64,000 nucleotides of DNA. It comes from an uncultured Thermoleophilaceae bacterium. GTDB lineage: Bacteria; Actinomycetota; Thermoleophilia; Solirubrobacterales; Thermoleophilaceae. How positions within the stretch are numbered: position 1 is the stretch's first letter; the number at the start of each line of letters is the position of its first letter. The translations under genes were made by a program, and so were the position numbers. Shown here one piece after another: positions 60,061 to 64,000 of this stretch. The notes under the pieces are model-generated. The model did not search any database and was not told the origin of the DNA. It saw only the letters and a program-made list of their open reading frames with translations. The stretch is from the NCBI GenBank assembly GCA_963808955.1, contig CAWEHQ010000014.1, positions 52,091-116,090 of the forward strand. Reading direction: 5' to 3'.

Positions 60061-61378
60061 CGACCGCGAACAGGCGCCACTCCCCCGGCACGCCGCGCAG
60101 CTCGCGGCTGCCGCGATCCTCGAACTCGAGCCCCGACCCGACCACGAGGTCCTTGACGGTGCCGGACACCAGAACCTCGCCCGCGCCGGCGGCCTGGGAC
60201 ACGCGCGCTGCGATGTGCACGGCCAGCCCGCCCACGTCCTCACCGATCACCTCGGCTTCGCCGGTATGGAGTCCCGCGCGCACCTCGAGCCCGAGCTCAC
60301 CGACGCCCTCGACCACCGCGCGCGTGCAGTGGATGGCTCGCGCCGGACCGTCGAAGGTGGCGAGCACGCCGTCGCCCACCGACTTGACGTAGCGACCGCG
60401 GTGGCGCTCGATCTCGCGCACCACCAGCCGGTCATGCTCGGCCAGTAGCTGTCGCCAGCGGCTGTCACCGAGCTGTGCCGCCCGCCGGGTGGACCCGACG
60501 ATGTCCGTGAACAGCACCGTCGCGAGCACCCGGTCCGCCCCCCGGCGCTGCCGCGTTCCGGTCAGGAACTCCTCGATCTCGTCGATCACCGCCTCGCTGT
60601 CGCCGAACGAAGACAGGCTCTCGGTGCCCGGGAGCTCGAGGTACTGCGCGCCGGGGATGTGGTCGGCGAGGTACCGCGAGTGGAGCGGGTTGATCGCCTG
60701 GTCGTCCTTGCGGTTCATCACGAGGGTCGGGACGCTGATCGTGGGCAGCACCTCGCGGACGTCGTAGCGCTCCATCACCTTCATCAGCTTGCGCGCAGCG
60801 CCCGGGCTGGCCGCGAGCCGCTCGAGCTTGGCAAACCACGCCCGGAATCGAGCGTCGTTGGCCTCCGAAGCCACGATCTCGCGCGGCTTCTCGTCGATCC
60901 CCCAGTCGCGCGTCAGGTCCTCGAGCCACGCCTCGCGCTGCTCGGACGTGTGCGCCCACTCGTACCCCTCGTCGTAGACGATCCGCGCCCAGGCGGTGAA
61001 CAGCATCAGCGCACGCGTCCGCTCGGGGTGGGTGGCGGCGAACATGCACGCCATCGGCCCGCCCTCGAGCTGCGCCAGCAGCGCGGCGCGCTCCGAGCCG
61101 GCCGCATCGAGGACCGCCAGCACGTCGTCCATCTGCTCCTCGAGCGTCGGGGCCTCAGGAACCGGGTCGGACAGCCCGGAGCCGCGGCGGTCGAACAGGA
61201 TTAGCCGCGCGAACGAGCTGATTCGCGTGAAGAAGCGCTCCACCCGCGGCTCTTCCCAGAGGTGCTCGAGCTGCGAGATCCAGGTCGGCACGTACACGAG
61301 GTCGAGCGGGCCGTCGCCCGTGACCGAGTATGCGATGTGGAGGTCGCCACTCTTCGCGTAGCGGGTTGTGGGTCGCAC
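60056..61378 (-). CDS. alpha/beta hydrolase domain fused to a class III adenylate/guanylate cyclase domain
   Basis: LILFDRRGSGLSDP sits in the hydrolase half. VLFTDIVGSTRRAAQLGD...GRYVKSVGDGVLATFDGP...VRAGLHTGEAEV...GLAVHIAARV sits in the cyclase half. It has the same architecture as mycobacterial LipJ-type proteins. Confidence 0.9.
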   Translation of the reverse strand: MRPTTRYAKSGDLHIAYSVTGDGPLDLVYVPTWISQLEHLWEEPRVERFFTRISSFARLILFDRRGSGLSDPVPEAPTLEEQMDDVLAVLDAAGSERAALLAQLEGGPMACMFAATHPERTRALMLFTAWARIVYDEGYEWAHTSEQREAWLEDLTRDWGIDEKPREIVASEANDARFRAWFAKLERLAASPGAARKLMKVMERYDVREVLPTISVPTLVMNRKDDQAINPLHSRYLADHIPGAQYLELPGTESLSSFGDSEAVIDEIEEFLTGTRQRRGADRVLATVLFTDIVGSTRRAAQLGDSRWRQLLAEHDRLVVREIERHRGRYVKSVGDGVLATFDGPARAIHCTRAVVEGVGELGLEVRAGLHTGEAEVIGEDVGGLAVHIAARVSQAAGAGEVLVSGTVKDLVVGSGLEFEDRGSRELRGVPGEWRLFAVA

Positions 61379-61464
61379 GGCAGGGGATTGTCCCGAACCG
61401 CAGGGCTCGGCAACGTTCTCCCGGACGTCGCCGGGCTTGCAAGCGCCCCGCTAGGGGCGCGTGT

Positions 61465-61659
61465 CTACCGCTCGGTGGGCGCCTGGCCCGGGCGCGCTCC
61501 GCGCCGCCCCAGCCTGCGCATCCGCGCGCGCAACCCCTTGCGCGGGCGGGCGTTGGCACGCCGCCACTCGGCGAGGGTCATGCCCTCGGGAATGGAGCAG
61601 TCATCGACCTGGAAATTGCCCGTGAACCGCATCTCCGTCTCGTCTCGTTCCCCTGGCAT
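61465..61659 (-). CDS. hypothetical small basic protein (64 aa)
   Basis: MPGERDETEMRFTGNFQVDDCSIPEGMTLAEWRRANARPRKGLRARMRRL. No family was recognised. Support comes from coding-like composition only. Confidence 0.3.
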   Translation of the reverse strand: MPGERDETEMRFTGNFQVDDCSIPEGMTLAEWRRANARPRKGLRARMRRLGRRGARPGQAPTER

Positions 61660-61866
61660 TTTCGGACTTCCTTCTACGTCGAGCGGCGGACGCCTAGAAG
61701 GCATTCTGCCCCGCCCGGCGTGAAGTTGCACCCGTTCATGTGAACTTTCGACGAAGAAATGCCTGCTCCTCCGCTAAGACTGGCAGATCGGGCGCCAAAT
61801 GCCCGCCCAACGGGGCGTTCCCGCCGTGGCTGCTCTGCGGCCGCGACGCACCCTCTTTGGCGAACT

Positions 61867-61896
61867 GATCCGGATAGGTGATCACCTATCCGGATC
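61867..61896. promoter_or_regulatory. perfect 30-bp palindrome gatccggataggtga|tcacctatccggatc (candidate operator or hairpin)
   Basis: Read directly from the sequence. It abuts the stop codon (61895-61897) of the NAD(P)H-binding gene and lies about 210 nt upstream of the small ORF start at 61659. Confidence 0.5.
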
Positions 61897-62605
61897 ACTT
61901 TGCGAAGGAGGTGCCTTGTCGGGTCCCCGGGCCCCTGGAGCGGGCTGGAGCGGCTAAGCGCAGCGCCTCGAGCGCCTCGAGCGCCTCGCGGATCGGCGTC
62001 TCGCCGGCCAACACCTCGAACGTCTTCCCGATCGTGACGTCGAGCTCGAGGCTGCCAAGCAGCACGGCCGCGGTGTCCTCGCGCGTGATCGCGCCGCGCC
62101 GGCCGACCTCGGCTGCGGCCTCCACGCGGCCGGTGCCCTCGTCGTCGGTGAGGCCGCCCGGGCGGACGATCGTGTAGTCGAGGCCACTCTCCGCGACTGC
62201 CCGGTCGGCGTCGGCCTTGGCCTCCAGGTAGGGACGCATCTGCTCGCCGCCGGAATCGGGGTCGCTTGCCCCCATCGCGCTCAGCATGACGTAGCGGCGC
62301 ACCCCGTCCGCGCGCGCCGCGTCGATCAGCTTCACGGCCCCGCCGAAGTCGACCGTTCGCTTTCGCTCCGGGCCGCTGCCGGGACCGGCGCCCGCCGCGA
62401 ACACGACCGCGTCCGCCCCGGTGGCCCTGCCCACGAGCTCCTCGTTCTCGATGTCGCACACGACCGCCTCGGCCCCGACCGCCTCCAGGTCGGCGGCCTG
62501 GGTGCTGTCTCGAATCACTCCCCGGCCGCGGTGCCCGGCCTCGCCGAGCAGCCTGAGGAGGCGCAGCGCCACCTTGCCGTGTCCACCGACGATCAGGACG
62601 TCCAT
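61895..62605 (-). CDS. NAD(P)H-binding protein (atypical SDR, NmrA/YwnB-like)
   Basis: The start is at MDVLIVGGHGKVALRLLRLL (62605). VVFAAGAGPG, YVMLSAMGA, YLEAKADADRAV, and YTIVRPGGL. Confidence 0.85.
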   Translation of the reverse strand: MDVLIVGGHGKVALRLLRLLGEAGHRGRGVIRDSTQAADLEAVGAEAVVCDIENEELVGRATGADAVVFAAGAGPGSGPERKRTVDFGGAVKLIDAARADGVRRYVMLSAMGASDPDSGGEQMRPYLEAKADADRAVAESGLDYTIVRPGGLTDDEGTGRVEAAAEVGRRGAITREDTAAVLLGSLELDVTIGKTFEVLAGETPIREALEALEALRLAAPARSRGPGTRQGTSFAK

Positions 62606-62684
62606 CCCCCTGGACCTTCCCCGGATCGCCATCTCGTAACACCGAAACCGGCAACCGTCGCGTCGGCGCGCGAGTCGGGTTAAG

Positions 62685-63240
62685 GTGGCAGTAATGGAAG
62701 CCGTCGCTCGCCGCTCCCTGCTCGCCGCGCTCGCGGCGGCGGCTGCGCTCGCGGTCGCCGGGTGCGGAGACGACGACGAGACCGACACGGCTGCCGAGGA
62801 CACGGGCGACACCACGGCCGAGGAGGCGGGCGGCGGATCGACGCTCGAAGTCAGCGCCGTGGACTTCGCCTACGAGCCGTCGGATCCGACCGTGGACCAG
62901 GGGGGTCCGGTCTCGATCGAGCTGACCAACGACGGCGAGGTCGCGCACGCGCTCGAGATCGAGGAGCTCGAGGAGGCGACCGACACGATCGACGCCGGCC
63001 AGTCGACCACGCTCGACGTGGAGCTCGACGAGGGCGACTACACGATCTACTGCCCGGTCGGCGACCACCGCGCGCAGGGCATGGAGGGCACGCTCACCGT
63101 CGGCGGGAGCGGCGGAGGCGGCGCATCAGGCGGGTCGAGCGACGACTCCGCCGGCGAGTCCGAGTCCGAGTCGGAGTCGGAGTCGGAGTCGGAGTCGGAG
63201 GACGACTGCGAGCTCGGGCGGCGGCGCGTACTAGCCGCTA
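62685..63240 (+). CDS. cupredoxin-like (plastocyanin/azurin family) copper-binding lipoprotein with a Gly/Ser and (Ser-Glu)n tail; 3' end uncertain
   Basis: LLAALAAAAALAVAGCGDDD gives the lipobox. FAYEPSDPTV...GEVAHALEI...YTIYCPVGDHRAQGMEGTLTV gives the type-1 copper ligand pattern H...C..H...M. The track ORF runs to 63614 through Arg-rich sequence that I regard as non-coding or out of frame. Confidence 0.75.
63156..63200 (+). repeat. hexanucleotide tandem repeat (GAGTCS)x7.5 encoding (Glu-Ser)n
   Basis: gagtccgagtccgagtcggagtcggagtcggagtcggagtcggag, read directly from the sequence. Confidence 0.9.
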
Positions 63241-63270
63241 GGCCCGTCGTGCTCGCGCCCGGGTGGGGCG

Positions 63271-63498
63271 CTACCAGTCGCCGTGCGTGGTGTCGCGCTC
63301 GTCGCCGACCCAGTAGACGGCGACCTCGTCGACCGGGGCCTCCGATCTCGCCGGCGCGGACGGGGTCGCGGTGCCGCGGGCGCTGTGCTGGCGGCGGCGA
63401 TTCCGGCGCCGCTCGCCCCTGCCGAGCGCCCGGAGCGGAGCAGAGATCGGCGGCCAACCGTTCGAGCCGTCCTGTGTTCTGCGCCTGTGCGTCGACAT
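63271..63498 (-). CDS. hypothetical small basic protein (75 aa)
   Basis: MSTHRRRTQDGSNGWPP...APVDEVAVYWVGDERDTTHGDW. Only the C-terminal third looks protein-like, so support is weak. Confidence 0.25.
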   Translation of the reverse strand: MSTHRRRTQDGSNGWPPISAPLRALGRGERRRNRRRQHSARGTATPSAPARSEAPVDEVAVYWVGDERDTTHGDW

Positions 63499-63562
63499 CG
63501 CGCTTTCTGTCGGAGACCGTGCCGTCCCGGCCATCTTCGACGGCGGCCTGGACGTACCTTTC

Positions 63563-64000
63563 TTATGTCCTCTCGGCGGGTTCCTCCAACGCCTTTAGCG
63601 TGAGGAGCTCGTAGACGACGTTTGCCGCCACGAGCGCGGTGGTCTGGCCGGCGGTGTCGTAGGGCGGGGAGACCTCGACGAGGTCGAAGCCGGTGAAGCG
63701 CATGCCCGCGAGCGCTCGCAGGAACGCGAGCGCCTCGTGCGGAAGGAGCCCGGCGACCTCCGGCGTGCCGGTGCCGGGCGCGAAGGCGGGGTCGATGACG
63801 TCGATGTCGAAGCTCAGGTAGGCGGGGGCATCGCCGACCCGCTCGCGGATCCGGGCCGCGTACGCGGATGGCGAGGTGGCCCGCAGCTCGTCGCAGGACC
63901 AGACCTCGAAGCCGAGGTCGGTGGCCTGGTCGATGTCCTCGGGGCCGTACAGCGGGCCGCGCATCCCGGCGAGGAGCGACCGATCCGGCCGCAGCAGCCC
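63563..64000 (-). CDS. agmatinase/arginase (ureohydrolase) family protein, C-terminal part; N-terminus beyond the window end
   Basis: YLSFDIDVIDPAFAPGTGTPEVAGL and GFDLVEVSPPYD are the ureohydrolase Mn-binding motifs. Confidence 0.88.
   Translation of the reverse strand, partial: GLLRPDRSLLAGMRGPLYGPEDIDQATDLGFEVWSCDELRATSPSAYAARIRERVGDAPAYLSFDIDVIDPAFAPGTGTPEVAGLLPHEALAFLRALAGMRFTGFDLVEVSPPYDTAGQTTALVAANVVYELLTLKALEEPAERT

Overview
This is a very GC-rich (about 70% by eye) bacterial chromosomal segment. Gene content and synteny look Actinomycetota-like: uvrC-rapZ-gap-pgk-tpiA-gpmI, a PknB-type kinase, a HisKA_3 kinase with its response regulator, and a hydrolase-cyclase fusion. I can support about 70 genes plus several non-coding elements.

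Main blocks:
- 1-8.9 kb: housekeeping genes (partial tRNA-Gly, ccmH, argS, rlmH, tgt, hsp20, Ser/Thr kinase).
- 9.0-14.1 kb: a paralog-rich accessory locus with three copies of a GNAT-like module, an F390-synthetase/PaaK-type ligase and methyltransferase domains.
- 14.1-21.7 kb: the glycolysis cluster plus rapZ and uvrC.
- 22.1-26.1 kb: a decayed accessory patch. Unrelated single small genes (cupin, SnoaL-like, NTF2-like, cupin pseudogene) are separated by four direct copies of a repeat derived from the 3' end of a VanY-type peptidase gene. The patch ends in an IS481-family fragment that truncates a contractile tail-sheath gene.
- 30.0-32.7 kb: an orphan Tad-like module. Its TadG-like protein is fused to VanY and SLT cell-wall hydrolase domains.
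- 33-44 kb: mixed housekeeping and transport genes.
- 44.6-55.2 kb: a 2-hydroxyacid island (aceB-glcF-glcE-glcD-lctP, divergent from lutABC).
- 55-64 kb: sensory and redox genes.

Major caveat: I count roughly 30 reading-frame disruptions. One is in tpiA, and at least nine are in lutA-lutB. Almost none come with in-frame stop codons, and those I localised by eye (tpiA, ccmH tail) sit in G/C runs. This points to indel errors in the assembly rather than true pseudogenes, but only read-level data can settle it. I label these genes as pseudogene, meaning frame-disrupted as sequenced.

No rRNA, CRISPR array or intact mobile element was seen. Many long ORFs in the track are GC-driven antisense artefacts and are not reported.
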